Under the pieces are notes generated by a model. It searched no databases. It saw nothing but the letters and a program-made list of their open reading frames with translations, and was not told where the DNA came from. Made by a program: the position numbers and the translations under genes. DNA of 35,671 nt from a virus (Duplodnaviria; Caudoviricetes), in the IMG/VR virus record IMGVR_UViG_3300028578_000006, positions 1-35,671 of that record. One strand, 5' to 3'. Positions 1 to 9,044 of the stretch are shown here, in pieces. The stretch's first letter is position 1. Every line of letters begins with the position of its first letter.

Positions 1-234
1 GCGGGCCTGGTCACACCCTGGATCGACCCGCCGCTTGACCCGGCACTGAAGGGCGACGAGATGAAGGAGCGGCTCGGGGAGATCTCCGACGAGATCCGGG
101 ACCGAGGAGGGCGCCTGCACTACGTCGGGGACGTCCTCGACCTGGCCGCGTCCGAGGCGGCACGCCGGGCCGGCGAACAGGCCAAGCGAGCGCGACGAGC
201 GGCCGTCAAGGCCAACGAGGAGACCGCAGCATGA
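1..234 (+). CDS. Partial hypothetical phage protein (3' end)
   Basis: Frame 1 open from the window edge to TGA 232-234, GC-rich third positions, ATGA overlap with the next gene. Confidence 0.7.
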   Translation, partial: AGLVTPWIDPPLDPALKGDEMKERLGEISDEIRDRGGRLHYVGDVLDLAASEAARRAGEQAKRARRAAVKANEETAA

Positions 235-455
235 GCGACATTCCGGTGATCCACACCACCAAGGCCGAGCTGGCGACTGACCGCTTCTGGATCGAGCACC
301 TCGAACCGATCACCCGGGCGCATGGCGTGCCGGCGCCCACTGAGCTGCACCGCGACCCCGGTGACGACGCCGTGCACCTGCTCCGCCACTCCGACGGCCG
401 CCTGCTCGCCGTCGTCCGCACGGATCGCCCCGCCTGCCCGACGTGCGGGCGGTGA
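231..455 (+). CDS. Hypothetical protein with C-terminal CxxC
   Basis: ATGA coupling with upstream gene, GAGGAG RBS, ends CPTCGR. Confidence 0.75.
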   Translation: MSDIPVIHTTKAELATDRFWIEHLEPITRAHGVPAPTELHRDPGDDAVHLLRHSDGRLLAVVRTDRPACPTCGR

Positions 456-970
456 CCCGCATGAGCGACGGCGAGCCGTTCGACTTCGGCACGATCCGGC
501 TGCAGCCTGCGAGCTGGGGAGTCGGGATGCTGACAGCCGAGTGCATGCGGCCCACCTGCGGGTGGGTCATGACGTTCTCGACGAACCGGCTGGACACGAT
601 CATCGAGACCTGCCGGGACGACGACGAGCGGGTGGCGCGTGCGGCGTACCCGAACGTGTGGCACGTCGAGGAGACGCGGCACGGCGAGTTCCTGATCGTG
701 CCCGACCATTTCCCGAGCACGCCCGCCATTGCGCGCACCGAGCCGAACGCCGAACACATCGCTCGCTGGGATCCGGCGCGCGTGCTGGCCGAGGTCGACG
801 CCAAGCGGAGCATCCTGAATGAGTGGCAGCGGTGGTACACAGCCGAGGACATGGACTACGACCGCAGGCGTACCGAGTACGAACGCGCCGAGGCCCTGTC
901 CGTCGTAGTCAAGCTGCTCGCCCTGCCGTACGCCGGGCGTGAGGGATGGCGCGAGGAGTGGCGGCCGTAG
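452..970 (+). CDS. DUF6221-like actinobacterial phage protein
   Basis: HIARWDPARVLAEVDAKR...LLALPYAGREGWREEWRP motif recalled for this family; GTGA overlap at 452 (ATG 461 alternative). Confidence 0.7.
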   Translation: MTRMSDGEPFDFGTIRLQPASWGVGMLTAECMRPTCGWVMTFSTNRLDTIIETCRDDDERVARAAYPNVWHVEETRHGEFLIVPDHFPSTPAIARTEPNAEHIARWDPARVLAEVDAKRSILNEWQRWYTAEDMDYDRRRTEYERAEALSVVVKLLALPYAGREGWREEWRP

Positions 971-1110
971 CCGGTAGGCACGCGTCAACCGGTTGCAGTC
1001 AGCAGCCGCTAGTCGCATGACAGGCGGTTGCACGGGGCTACTGGACAGCAGGCGTCAAGCCTGCAATGATCCGCTGCAGGTGGATCCAGTCCGCCCACAT
1101 CCAGCACACG

Positions 1111-1143
1111 AGCCCTCGCTACCTCACCCGTGGCGAGGGCTTC
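1111..1143 (+). terminator. Stem-loop in the leader of the late operon (terminator/attenuator-like)
   Basis: AGCCCTCGCTAC (1111-1122) pairs with GTGGCGAGGGCT (1130-1141), one G-U pair; only a short T tail. Confidence 0.45.
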
Positions 1144-1169
1144 GCTGTACCTGGCGCGAGGTGGTGACC

Positions 1170-1493
1170 ATGCCTCAGCGCCCCTGCCTCGGATGCGGTC
1201 GGCTGACCTCACGGCGCGGCTCACGCTGCTCCGACTGTGCCAGCGCCAAGGGCAAGGCCAGGGATGCACGGCGAGGCAGCAGGCAGGCTCGCGGGTACGA
1301 CGCGGTGCATGACGCACTGCGCGAGCAGTGGCGACCCAAGGTCGAGACCGGGCGCGTGCGATGCGCCCGCTGCGGCGAGCTGATCCCGGCCGACCAGGCA
1401 TGGGCGCTCGACCACACCGATGACCGCACGGGCTACCTCGGCCCGAGCCACACCACCTGCAACGCAGCCGCGGGCGGTAGAGCCGCGCACTGA
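1170..1493 (+). CDS. Packaging-associated HNH endonuclease
   Basis: GAGGTGG RBS; CxxC motifs; LDHTDD...PSHTTCN HNH-like core; upstream of terminase. Confidence 0.8.
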   Translation: MPQRPCLGCGRLTSRRGSRCSDCASAKGKARDARRGSRQARGYDAVHDALREQWRPKVETGRVRCARCGELIPADQAWALDHTDDRTGYLGPSHTTCNAAAGGRAAH

Positions 1494-1509
1494 TCCCAGC
1501 AACACAAAC

Positions 1510-1543
1510 GCCCCGGCACCTGCGCTAACAGGTCCGGGGCTTT
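1510..1543 (+). terminator. GC-rich hairpin with TTT
   Basis: GCCCCGG-c-ACCTG cgctaa CAGGT-CCGGGGC-TTT. Confidence 0.5.
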
Positions 1544-1568
1544 GCCATTCCTGTGCGAGGGGAACGAC

Positions 1569-2090
1569 ATGCCGGATCGTACGTGCACCGTGGATGAGTG
1601 TGACAACCCGCCACGCAGTGGCAAGGCCGAATGGTGCGCCAAGCACTACCACCGCTGGTATCGGCACGGGAGCGTCGACAAGACGGCACGCACTGCGGGG
1701 ATCTCGATCAGCAAGGGCCGGCGCTACCGCTCGCACCACCTCCCCGGGCATCCGCTCGCCACACCATGCGGCAGGGTCTACGACCACCAGGTGGTGCTGT
1801 ACGCGGCCATCGGCCCAGGCCCTCACCCCTGCCACTGGTGCACCCGACCCGTCCGCTGGGATGCAGGCAAGGCCAAGCCTGACCGCCTCACCGTTGACCA
1901 CCTCAACGACATAGGTGACGACAACCGCTTGGCCAACCTCGTGCCGTCGTGTCCGACCTGCAACACCACGCGTGCAGTGCAGGCCAAGGCTGCAGCACTG
2001 GTCGCACACGGTTGGTGGTCGAACCACGACACGATCGCTCGGCTCAAGCGCGGACGCGCGCCGCAGGTCGTCGAGTCACTGACTGCATGA
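1569..2090 (+). CDS. Free-standing HNH endonuclease with N-terminal Zn finger
   Basis: CTVDEC...CAKHY N-terminus; CHWC; VDHLNDIGDDNRLANLVPSCPTCN HNH motif; GAGGGG RBS. Confidence 0.85.
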   Translation: MPDRTCTVDECDNPPRSGKAEWCAKHYHRWYRHGSVDKTARTAGISISKGRRYRSHHLPGHPLATPCGRVYDHQVVLYAAIGPGPHPCHWCTRPVRWDAGKAKPDRLTVDHLNDIGDDNRLANLVPSCPTCNTTRAVQAKAAALVAHGWWSNHDTIARLKRGRAPQVVESLTA

Positions 2091-2285
2091 CTAACTGTGC
2101 GTGACTAGCGTCCCGCGACCGCCCTGGTTACCGTGGGTGGGGGGCGGTCCCGTGACGTAAAGATCAACAGGGCAAAGGACCCATGCAGGTCAACGCTTGG
2201 CCCCGTGGTACCTCCCAGAACGGATTTTCCGTCACGCATTGTTACGGCCCGAGGTGCCAGCCTGGCCCTGGACATGTAACCAGGA
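2091..2285. other. Candidate packaging (cos) region / genome terminus
   Basis: About 200-bp non-coding gap between HNH and terminase small subunit, the usual cos position in HK97-like phages; G-run GTGGGTGGGGGGCGG; cut site cannot be determined from sequence. Confidence 0.4.
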
Positions 2286-2291
2286 GTGACC

Positions 2292-2789
2292 ATGCCTCGG
2301 ACGAAGAAGCCGGCCGGCACCACCGTCGATCCGCGCAACGGTCGCCGCGCGGGTCTGACGCTCGCCGAGGGCGGCCGCTTCGACCCGCCGGACGGCGTTT
2401 CACCCGATGCGCTGGTCCTGTGGAACGCCTACTGGGCCGACACGGTGTCGATGGCCCAGACCCCGGCCGACCGTGGCGTGCTGCTCCGCTGGATCACCGA
2501 GTACGACCGCTACCTGCGGACTGTCGCCGAGGCGGACAGGCGCCCGCTGGTACGCGGGTCGACCGGCCAGGACGTGGAGAACCCGCTCTACAAGATCGCC
2601 TACCGGGCGCTGGACGCCGCAGAGCGCTGCGAGAGGCAGATGGGCGTCGGTGCGCTGTACCGCTCCAACCTGGGCATTGCGGTGATCACCGAGCAGAAGT
2701 CGCTGCAGCAGATGAACAGCAAGTACGGGGGCGGCGATGTCCAGCGCGACCCTCGCCCGGACCCGCGGGTCATCCAGCTCGAAGCCTGA
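2292..2789 (+). CDS. terS: Terminase small subunit (P27-like)
   Basis: AGGAG RBS 2282-2286; GSTGQDVENPL motif; directly upstream of terL. Confidence 0.85.
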   Translation: MPRTKKPAGTTVDPRNGRRAGLTLAEGGRFDPPDGVSPDALVLWNAYWADTVSMAQTPADRGVLLRWITEYDRYLRTVAEADRRPLVRGSTGQDVENPLYKIAYRALDAAERCERQMGVGALYRSNLGIAVITEQKSLQQMNSKYGGGDVQRDPRPDPRVIQLEA

Positions 2790-4341
2790 CCCCGGTTGCC
2801 AGGCCTGCGGGTGGAAGCCGGGGCCGGATGAGCTGTGGCCGTCGCACGGCGCGATCGCCGTCGAGTGGATCGAGGACAACTGCATCTGCGGCGAAGGCGA
2901 CTGGTACGGCCAGCTGATCACGCTGCGGCCCGACCAGCAGGCCTTCGCGTGGCGCTGGTTCGAATACTGCCCCAAGTGCGGCGAATGGCACTACGACGAG
3001 GGCTTGCGTGGTGCGGCTACCGGCGACGGCAAGACCCAGTTCATCGCCGCCCTGGCGCTGGTCGAGTTCGCCGGCCCCGACGAGATCGCCGTCGCGTCGC
3101 CGAACATCCCGATTGGTGCCGCCTCGTTCGAGCAGGCCAACCTGCTGTTCACGGCCGTAGCCACGATGTGCGGCGGCCGCGACCAGGCGGTCAAGGAATC
3201 CCCGCTGTGCGGCTTCTTCGAGGTCTACGACACCGAGATCAAGTTCGCTGACGGCAGGTCCGGGCGCATCTACCGCGTCGCCGCCGTGGCGGGAACGAAC
3301 GAGGGCGGACTGCCGTCGCTGTTCATCGCCGACGAGCTCCACGAGTGGGGCGACGAGGGATCGCGCAAGGCGCGCGTGCACACCGTCATCGGCAAGTCGA
3401 CGAAGAAGCGCAAGACCCACCGCGGCGCCGGCCGCCGGCTGAACCTGTCCACCGCCGGCTTCGACAAGGACCACTCCCTGCTCGGCGCCATGTACAAGCT
3501 CGGCAAGCAGGCGAAGATCGATCCGTCGCTCGCGCCGCGGTTCCTGTTCGACTGGCGTGAGGCGCCGGAGGACGTCGACTACGAGTCGGCCGAGGACCGG
3601 GCCCGCGCCGTGCGTGCCGCGTCCGGCGCAGCCGACGTGCTGTGGTCGGTGCGCGACAGGGTCAACGAGTGGGGCAAGCCCGGCATGCAGCGCCACGAGT
3701 GGCTGCGGTACTACGCCAACCGGTGGGTGGACGTCACCGAGGAATCGTGGCTGTCGGACCACCCGGGCGCGTGGGACGCCTGCCAGGGCACCTGGGAGTC
3801 CAACGACGCCAATCCGTTCGTCGTGGTCGTCGACATGGCGCTCAAGCACGACTCGGTAGCGGTCAGCCGCATCGAGCAGCTATCGGACGAGAAGAACCGA
3901 TACGCCATCACCTCGAGGATCTGGCGGCCGGACAGCGGGCCGGTCGACCACCTCGACGTCTTCAACTACATCCGCTCCCTGGCGCGCGGTTCGGCCTTCC
4001 GCGGCGTCGTGTACGACCCGCGGTTCTTCGAACTGCCCGGACGAATGCTCGAAGAGCAGGGCATCCTCGCGATCCAGTTCGACCAGTCGCCGCAGCGTAT
4101 GGCGCCGGCCTGCGGGCTGGCTTTTGACCTCATCATCGAGGGCCGCGTCGTCCACGACGGCGACGAGGAGCTGGGCGCGCACATCAAGGTGGCGGTGAAG
4201 CGCGTGCAAGACCGCGGGTTCACGTTGTCGAAGGGCAAGAGCAAGCGGCACATCGACGCGGCCATCACCTTGTGCATGGGCGTCTGGGTGCTGAACGAGG
4301 TCCCGGAGCCCGAACAGCCGTTCTTCGCGGCCTGGCAATAG
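2737..4341 (+). CDS. terL: Terminase large subunit
   Basis: Walker A-like ATGDGKT, Walker B FIADELHEW, nuclease acidic motifs VDMA..HDS and HIDAA. Confidence 0.95.
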   Translation: MSSATLARTRGSSSSKPDPGCQACGWKPGPDELWPSHGAIAVEWIEDNCICGEGDWYGQLITLRPDQQAFAWRWFEYCPKCGEWHYDEGLRGAATGDGKTQFIAALALVEFAGPDEIAVASPNIPIGAASFEQANLLFTAVATMCGGRDQAVKESPLCGFFEVYDTEIKFADGRSGRIYRVAAVAGTNEGGLPSLFIADELHEWGDEGSRKARVHTVIGKSTKKRKTHRGAGRRLNLSTAGFDKDHSLLGAMYKLGKQAKIDPSLAPRFLFDWREAPEDVDYESAEDRARAVRAASGAADVLWSVRDRVNEWGKPGMQRHEWLRYYANRWVDVTEESWLSDHPGAWDACQGTWESNDANPFVVVVDMALKHDSVAVSRIEQLSDEKNRYAITSRIWRPDSGPVDHLDVFNYIRSLARGSAFRGVVYDPRFFELPGRMLEEQGILAIQFDQSPQRMAPACGLAFDLIIEGRVVHDGDEELGAHIKVAVKRVQDRGFTLSKGKSKRHIDAAITLCMGVWVLNEVPEPEQPFFAAWQ

Positions 4342-4353
4342 GAGGGATCACTC

Positions 4354-4629
4354 ATGGCCGTCCTATCGGCAGACCCGGACCCTCGGGCGCAGTGGCGTGA
4401 GCTCGGCCGGCACATCGCCACCGGTATCGGCTGGCTGCTCTTCGCCGCCGGCTGGGTGCTGGCCAAGGCCGCTCGCACCGTCGCCACCGCCCTCGGCGCC
4501 GTCCTGTTCGCCGCTGGCTGGATTGCGGGCTCCGTCGCGTGGCCGGCGCTGCTCTGGTGCGGCAGCGCGGTGAGGCTCGGCTGGCAGGAGGGCCGAAAGC
4601 CGATCGGCGGTCAGCGTGGGACTTCTTGA
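4354..4629 (+). CDS. Small membrane protein between terminase and portal
   Basis: GGAGG RBS; two hydrophobic helices with internal repeat LFAAGW. Confidence 0.8.
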   Translation: MAVLSADPDPRAQWRELGRHIATGIGWLLFAAGWVLAKAARTVATALGAVLFAAGWIAGSVAWPALLWCGSAVRLGWQEGRKPIGGQRGTS

Positions 4630-6019
4630 GCGGATCGCCGCCGCCGGCCGAGGCGACGCCTCGCGGTCCTCGATCGACCAGTGGATCTCGCAGTACCTGA
4701 TGCCGTCGCAGTTCAACTACAACGGCGTCGCCCACCAGTACGGCCTGCATCAGACGATGTCCGGCGAGAAGATCAAGACCGTCGCGGCGACCCTGCCCGG
4801 GTATGCGGGTGCGCTGCGGGCCTGCCCGCCGGCGTTCGCGGCCCAGATGGTCCGGGCGCTGGTGCTGTCGCAGATGCGGTTCACCTGGCGCAACCTGCCG
4901 TCATCGCCGACGCCGCGCAAGACGTTCGGCAACCGCGAGCTCCACCTGCTTGAGCGGCCGTGGCCGAAGGGCACGACCGGCGACCTGGTCGCCACGATGG
5001 AGTGGCACAGCGGACTGGCCGGCAACGCGTTCGTAGCGCGCCGCCCCGACCGGTTGCGGGTGCTGCGACCGGACTGGTGCGGGCTGATCTTCGGCTCGGA
5101 GCAGGACCCGGACGAGATCGCCGCGACATCCCTCGACGGCGAGCTGCTGGGCCTGGTCTACCAGAACGGCGGGATCGGCTCCGGGCGCGGCCAGATGCAT
5201 ACGCTGCTGCCGGACGAGTTCGCTCACTGGTCGCAGATCCCGGACCCGGAGTGCCCCGGCATCGGTCAGTCGTGGATCACCGCGGCCTTGGCCGACATCC
5301 AGGGCGACCGGGCCGCGACCGAGCACAAGCTGAAGTTCTTCACCAACGGCGCCACCCCGAACATGGTGGTCAAGGGCATTCCGGCGGCGACCAAGGAGCA
5401 GTTCGCTCAGGCCGTCGAGATGATGGAGGAGAAGCACTCCGGGCTGGCCAACGCCTACAAGACGCTGTACCTGACCGCCGGCGCCGACGCAACGGTTGTC
5501 GGATCGGATCTGAAGCAGTTGGACTTCAAGGCGACCCAGGGCGCCGGCGAAACCCGCATTGCGATGCTCGGCCGGGTGCCGGCGCCGCTGCTGGGAATCT
5601 CCGAGGGCCTGGCCGGCTCGTCGCTGAATGCCGGGAACTTCGGCATGGCTCGGCGCATCTTCGCCGACTCGTGGATGTTCCCGTCGATGCAGGACCTGGC
5701 CGCGTCGCTCGAGTCGATCCTGACGGTGCCGCGCAGCCAGCGCACCGGCCAGCAGGACGCCGAGCTGTGGTTCGACACGTCCGATATGCCGATCCTGCGC
5801 GAGGACGCCAAGGCGGCGGCCGAGATCACCGAGATTCAGGCCCGCACCATCACCGGCCTGGTCAAGGACGGCTTCACCTCGGATTCGTCGAAGGCGGCCG
5901 TCATCGGCCAGGACATGAGCCAACTCGTTCACACGGGTTTGGTCAGCGTCCAATTGCAGCAGCCCGGCGCGCAGCCGCCGGCCGCACCCACAAAGACCCC
6001 CACGGGAGGCTCGGCATGA
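4616..6019 (+). CDS. Portal protein (HK97-like)
   Basis: 467 aa after terL; GNAFV, FFTNGATP, GRVPAPLLG motifs. Confidence 0.92.
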   Translation: MGLLERIAAAGRGDASRSSIDQWISQYLMPSQFNYNGVAHQYGLHQTMSGEKIKTVAATLPGYAGALRACPPAFAAQMVRALVLSQMRFTWRNLPSSPTPRKTFGNRELHLLERPWPKGTTGDLVATMEWHSGLAGNAFVARRPDRLRVLRPDWCGLIFGSEQDPDEIAATSLDGELLGLVYQNGGIGSGRGQMHTLLPDEFAHWSQIPDPECPGIGQSWITAALADIQGDRAATEHKLKFFTNGATPNMVVKGIPAATKEQFAQAVEMMEEKHSGLANAYKTLYLTAGADATVVGSDLKQLDFKATQGAGETRIAMLGRVPAPLLGISEGLAGSSLNAGNFGMARRIFADSWMFPSMQDLAASLESILTVPRSQRTGQQDAELWFDTSDMPILREDAKAAAEITEIQARTITGLVKDGFTSDSSKAAVIGQDMSQLVHTGLVSVQLQQPGAQPPAAPTKTPTGGSA

Positions 6020-6807
6020 CCGTGACCGCGCAGACGCCGGCCATCCTGTTCCGCACGGCCGAGTTCCGGGCTGTCGGCGACACCGGCGACGGGCGGACCC
6101 TCGACGGCTACGCCGCGACCTTCGGCAACCCGTCCCGGATCCAGTCCTGGGAGGGCGAGTTCGACGAGGAGATCGCCGCCGGCGCGTTCCGTAAGACGCT
6201 GCGCCAGCGGATGCCGGTGCTGCAGTTCGACCACGGCCGCGACCAGCGGACCGGGTCGGTGCCGATCGGCTCGATCGACGAACTCGCCGAGGACGACCAG
6301 GGCCTGCACGTGGTCGCCCGGCTGTTCGACAACCCGGTCGTGGAGCCGATCCGGCAGGCCATCGCCGGCAAGGCCATCACCGGCATGTCGTTCCGCTTCC
6401 AGGTCAAGCGGGAGGCCTGGATCGACCGCGACGGCGTGAAGATCAAGGACGACGAGCTGCAGCGGCTGCTGTGGGAGCCCGGCGACCGTGGCCCGCTGAA
6501 GCGCACCATCCTCGAGGTCGACCCGCTCTACGAGCTGGGCCCGGTCGTCTTCCCCGCGTACGACTCCACCTCCGTCGGTGTGCGGTCGCTGCTCGCGCAG
6601 CTGACCCCCGACGAGCACCGCCTGATGCTCCGCGAGCTCGCCACCGAGCTGCGCACGCACGGCGGCATCCCCGATCTCACCGAGCCTGCCGCGCGGAGTG
6701 GCGAGCCCGATGACTCAGGCGCGCAGCCAGGAAACGGCGAGCGGCCAACCGCATCCACCCGATCCCGCGTCGACAGCGACGCATTGCGCCTGAGAGGCAT
6801 CCTGTGA
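6016..6807 (+). CDS. Prohead protease (HK97 family)
   Basis: GGAGG RBS and ATGA overlap; LDGYAATF, FDH, GMSFRF, ELGPVVFPAY motifs. Confidence 0.92.
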   Translation: MTVTAQTPAILFRTAEFRAVGDTGDGRTLDGYAATFGNPSRIQSWEGEFDEEIAAGAFRKTLRQRMPVLQFDHGRDQRTGSVPIGSIDELAEDDQGLHVVARLFDNPVVEPIRQAIAGKAITGMSFRFQVKREAWIDRDGVKIKDDELQRLLWEPGDRGPLKRTILEVDPLYELGPVVFPAYDSTSVGVRSLLAQLTPDEHRLMLRELATELRTHGGIPDLTEPAARSGEPDDSGAQPGNGERPTASTRSRVDSDALRLRGIL

Positions 6808-8303
6808 CCGACATTCTCGAAGAGCTGCGCGGTAAGGACGTCACCGCGCTCGCCGAAGGTTCCACCCCCGACGAGCTCCGGGGTAAGACCCCCGACGAGC
6901 TGGCCCGCTACGTCGAGGTCCTCGACGCGCACCTGCGCTCGATCCACCAGGACGAGGACACCGGCGAGCTGCGCGAGAAGACCACCGACGAGCAGAAGGC
7001 CTTCGACTACGGCCTGAAGCTCCGCGACCTGGCCATCAAGAAGGTCGAGGAGCACCGCAACATCCAGGAGATCTTCCGCCGCAAGCCGGCCGCCGTGCAG
7101 CGGGCCCTGGCGAACATCCGGACCGGCAGCGACGACCCGTACGGCGACGTCCGCCGGCTCACCACCTCCGAGGCCCGCGACGGCGCTCTGCGCCGGCTCG
7201 ATGAGCGCGGCGCGACCTCGCACCTGTCCGACGACGAGAAGACCCACATCGAGCGGCAGGTGCGCACCAACACCGACACCGCCCGGCGGATCCTCGTCAC
7301 GGAGAACGAGCACTACCGCGAGGCGTGGATGAAGCTGGTCACCCAGCCGCACCCGTTCCTCGACGACGACGAGCGCAAGGCCGTCCAGGCGTGGCAGGAA
7401 TACCGCGCTATGGCCGACTTCACCTCGGCGTCCGGTGGCTTCGGTATCCCGGTGTTCATCGACCCGTCGATCATCATGACGGCGCAGGGCTCCGGTAACC
7501 CGTTCCTGCAGATCGCCCGCCAGGTGAGCGTCAACACCAACCGGTGGAAGGGCGTCTCCAGCGCCGGCGTCACCTGGGCGTTCCAGACGGAGGCCGCGGC
7601 GGCGACGGACAACTCGCCGACGCTCGCACAGCCGACGGTCGACGTGCACATGGCCCGCGGCTTCATCCCGTTCTCGATCGAGGTCGGGATGGACTACCCG
7701 TCCTTCGCCTCCGAGATGTCCGCCCTGCTGGCCGAGGGCTACGACGAGCTGCTCGTCGACAAGTTCACCCGCGGCTCCGGCACGGGTGAGCCGACGGGCA
7801 TCCTCACCGCGCTGTCGGCGAACGCGAACGTCCGCGTCCGAGTCGCCACCGCCGGTGCGATCAACTCGCAGGACCCGTACAACGTATGGAAGGCGCTCGG
7901 CCAGCGGTTCCGCCGCAACGCGTCCTGGCTGATGTCGGTCGGCGTGAACACGGCGGTCCGGCAGCTCGGCGCCGCGAACGTGTTCCACGGCTACACCGTG
8001 AACCTGCCGGAGGAGTGGGCCGGCCAGCTGATGAACAAGGGCGTGTACGAGGACCCGTACATGCCGGACACCACCACCACCACGTCCAGCACGATCGGCC
8101 TGGCGGTCGTCGGCGACTTCTCCAATTTCGTCATCGCCAGGAATGGCGGTATGGAAGTGGAATTGGTCCCGCAGCTGTTCCAGCAGGTCACTGCCGGAAG
8201 TGGGCCGGCAGTTCCGACAGGCCAGCGCGGCTGGTTCGCATACAGCCGCATCGGGAGCAATTCTGTGAACGACCTGGCATTCCGCCTTCTGACCAATACC
8301 TGA
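6804..8303 (+). CDS. Major capsid protein (HK97 fold, N-terminal scaffold/delta domain)
   Basis: 499 aa after protease; charged helical N-terminus, GGFGIP, GSGTGEPTGI, VVGDFS motifs. Confidence 0.93.
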   Translation: MTDILEELRGKDVTALAEGSTPDELRGKTPDELARYVEVLDAHLRSIHQDEDTGELREKTTDEQKAFDYGLKLRDLAIKKVEEHRNIQEIFRRKPAAVQRALANIRTGSDDPYGDVRRLTTSEARDGALRRLDERGATSHLSDDEKTHIERQVRTNTDTARRILVTENEHYREAWMKLVTQPHPFLDDDERKAVQAWQEYRAMADFTSASGGFGIPVFIDPSIIMTAQGSGNPFLQIARQVSVNTNRWKGVSSAGVTWAFQTEAAAATDNSPTLAQPTVDVHMARGFIPFSIEVGMDYPSFASEMSALLAEGYDELLVDKFTRGSGTGEPTGILTALSANANVRVRVATAGAINSQDPYNVWKALGQRFRRNASWLMSVGVNTAVRQLGAANVFHGYTVNLPEEWAGQLMNKGVYEDPYMPDTTTTTSSTIGLAVVGDFSNFVIARNGGMEVELVPQLFQQVTAGSGPAVPTGQRGWFAYSRIGSNSVNDLAFRLLTNT

Positions 8304-8316
8304 TCGGCTCCGGAGG

Positions 8317-8354
8317 TGGCGGCTCCGCCTCTCGTGGGTATTACGGAGCCGCCA
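8317..8354 (+). promoter_or_regulatory. 11-bp stem-loop after the capsid gene (mRNA stabiliser/attenuator)
   Basis: TGGCGGCTCCG (8317-8327) / CGGAGCCGCCA (8344-8354) perfect inverted repeat. Confidence 0.55.
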
Positions 8355-8379
8355 TCCCCCGACCATCTGGAGGATTTCC

Positions 8380-8601
8380 ATGGCCCTGACGACCGAATCG
8401 GCGAAGCCGGACCCGAAGCCCGCCGGCAAGCCCGCCGAGGCGAAGCCCGACGCCAAGCTGCCGGAGCCGGTAGCCGCCCCGGGCGCTACCGACCCGGCCG
8501 TGCTGCAGCTGCTCGCCGAGCAGCAGACGGCGGTGTCGAATGGCGACGCCGACGTGATCCGCGACATCAACGCCAAGCTCAACGAGCTGGGCTACAAGTA
8601 A
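8380..8601 (+). CDS. Small hypothetical protein (Pro/Lys-rich N-terminus)
   Basis: GGAGG RBS, GC-biased codons. Confidence 0.8.
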   Translation: MALTTESAKPDPKPAGKPAEAKPDAKLPEPVAAPGATDPAVLQLLAEQQTAVSNGDADVIRDINAKLNELGYK

Positions 8602-8615
8602 CCATCCACCGCGCG

Positions 8616-8648
8616 AGCCCCGGACACGGCACCAGCGTCCGGGGCTTT
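8616..8648 (+). terminator. Intrinsic terminator-like hairpin
   Basis: AGCCCCGGAC (8616-8625) / GTCCGGGGCT (8637-8646) followed by TT. Confidence 0.55.
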
Positions 8649-8670
8649 CGCATGCCCGGAAGGCTCGCTC

Positions 8671-8913
8671 ATGGACGTCGTGTACCCGGTCGCCGACGCG
8701 GCCCTGACCCTGAAGACCGGCGCCACCTTCACCATCCGCCGCGGCCAGCACTGGCCGGCCGACGACGAGCTCGTGAAGGAGCACCCGGGCCAGTTCTCGA
8801 CTGACCCCCGGTACGGCGTGGCGTTCTCGTCGCCGCCGGCCGAACTGTCCGAGGCCCCCGTCGAGCAGGCCACCGCCGCTCCGGGCGAGCGCCGGTCGGT
8901 CCGCCGGGGCTGA
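8671..8913 (+). CDS. Small hypothetical head-region protein
   Basis: GAAGG RBS; ends VEQATAAPGERR, a motif recalled from actinophage post-capsid genes. Confidence 0.8.
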   Translation: MDVVYPVADAALTLKTGATFTIRRGQHWPADDELVKEHPGQFSTDPRYGVAFSSPPAELSEAPVEQATAAPGERRSVRRG

Positions 8914-9044
8914 TGCAGCACTTCGACCTACCCAGCCTCGCGGTCGCGTGGCTGACCTGCACGCTGCTGGCGACCATGTACGCCGCGCATTGCGCGCGCC
9001 CGCTCGTCTGCGAGCTGCGCCGCTGGCGACGAGCCCGCCCCTGA
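8913..9044 (+). CDS. Putative 43-aa membrane peptide
   Basis: TGATG coupling; MQHFDLPSLAVAWLTCTLLATMYAAHCARPLVCELRRWRRARP; not in the ORF track. Confidence 0.45.
   Translation: MQHFDLPSLAVAWLTCTLLATMYAAHCARPLVCELRRWRRARP

Noticed and set aside
4960-6015. Long N-terminal extension of the prohead protease in the ORF track
   Set aside because: Off-frame shadow of the portal gene; the real start with RBS is at 6016
8121-8303. Diversity-generating retroelement variable region as cause of the AT-rich capsid end
   Set aside because: No reverse transcriptase or template repeat in the window, and the changes appear synonymous
6528-8582. Long minus-strand ORFs (also 8341-9828, 18311-20377 and others)
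   Set aside because: Antisense shadows expected in high-GC3 DNA; no motifs or RBS
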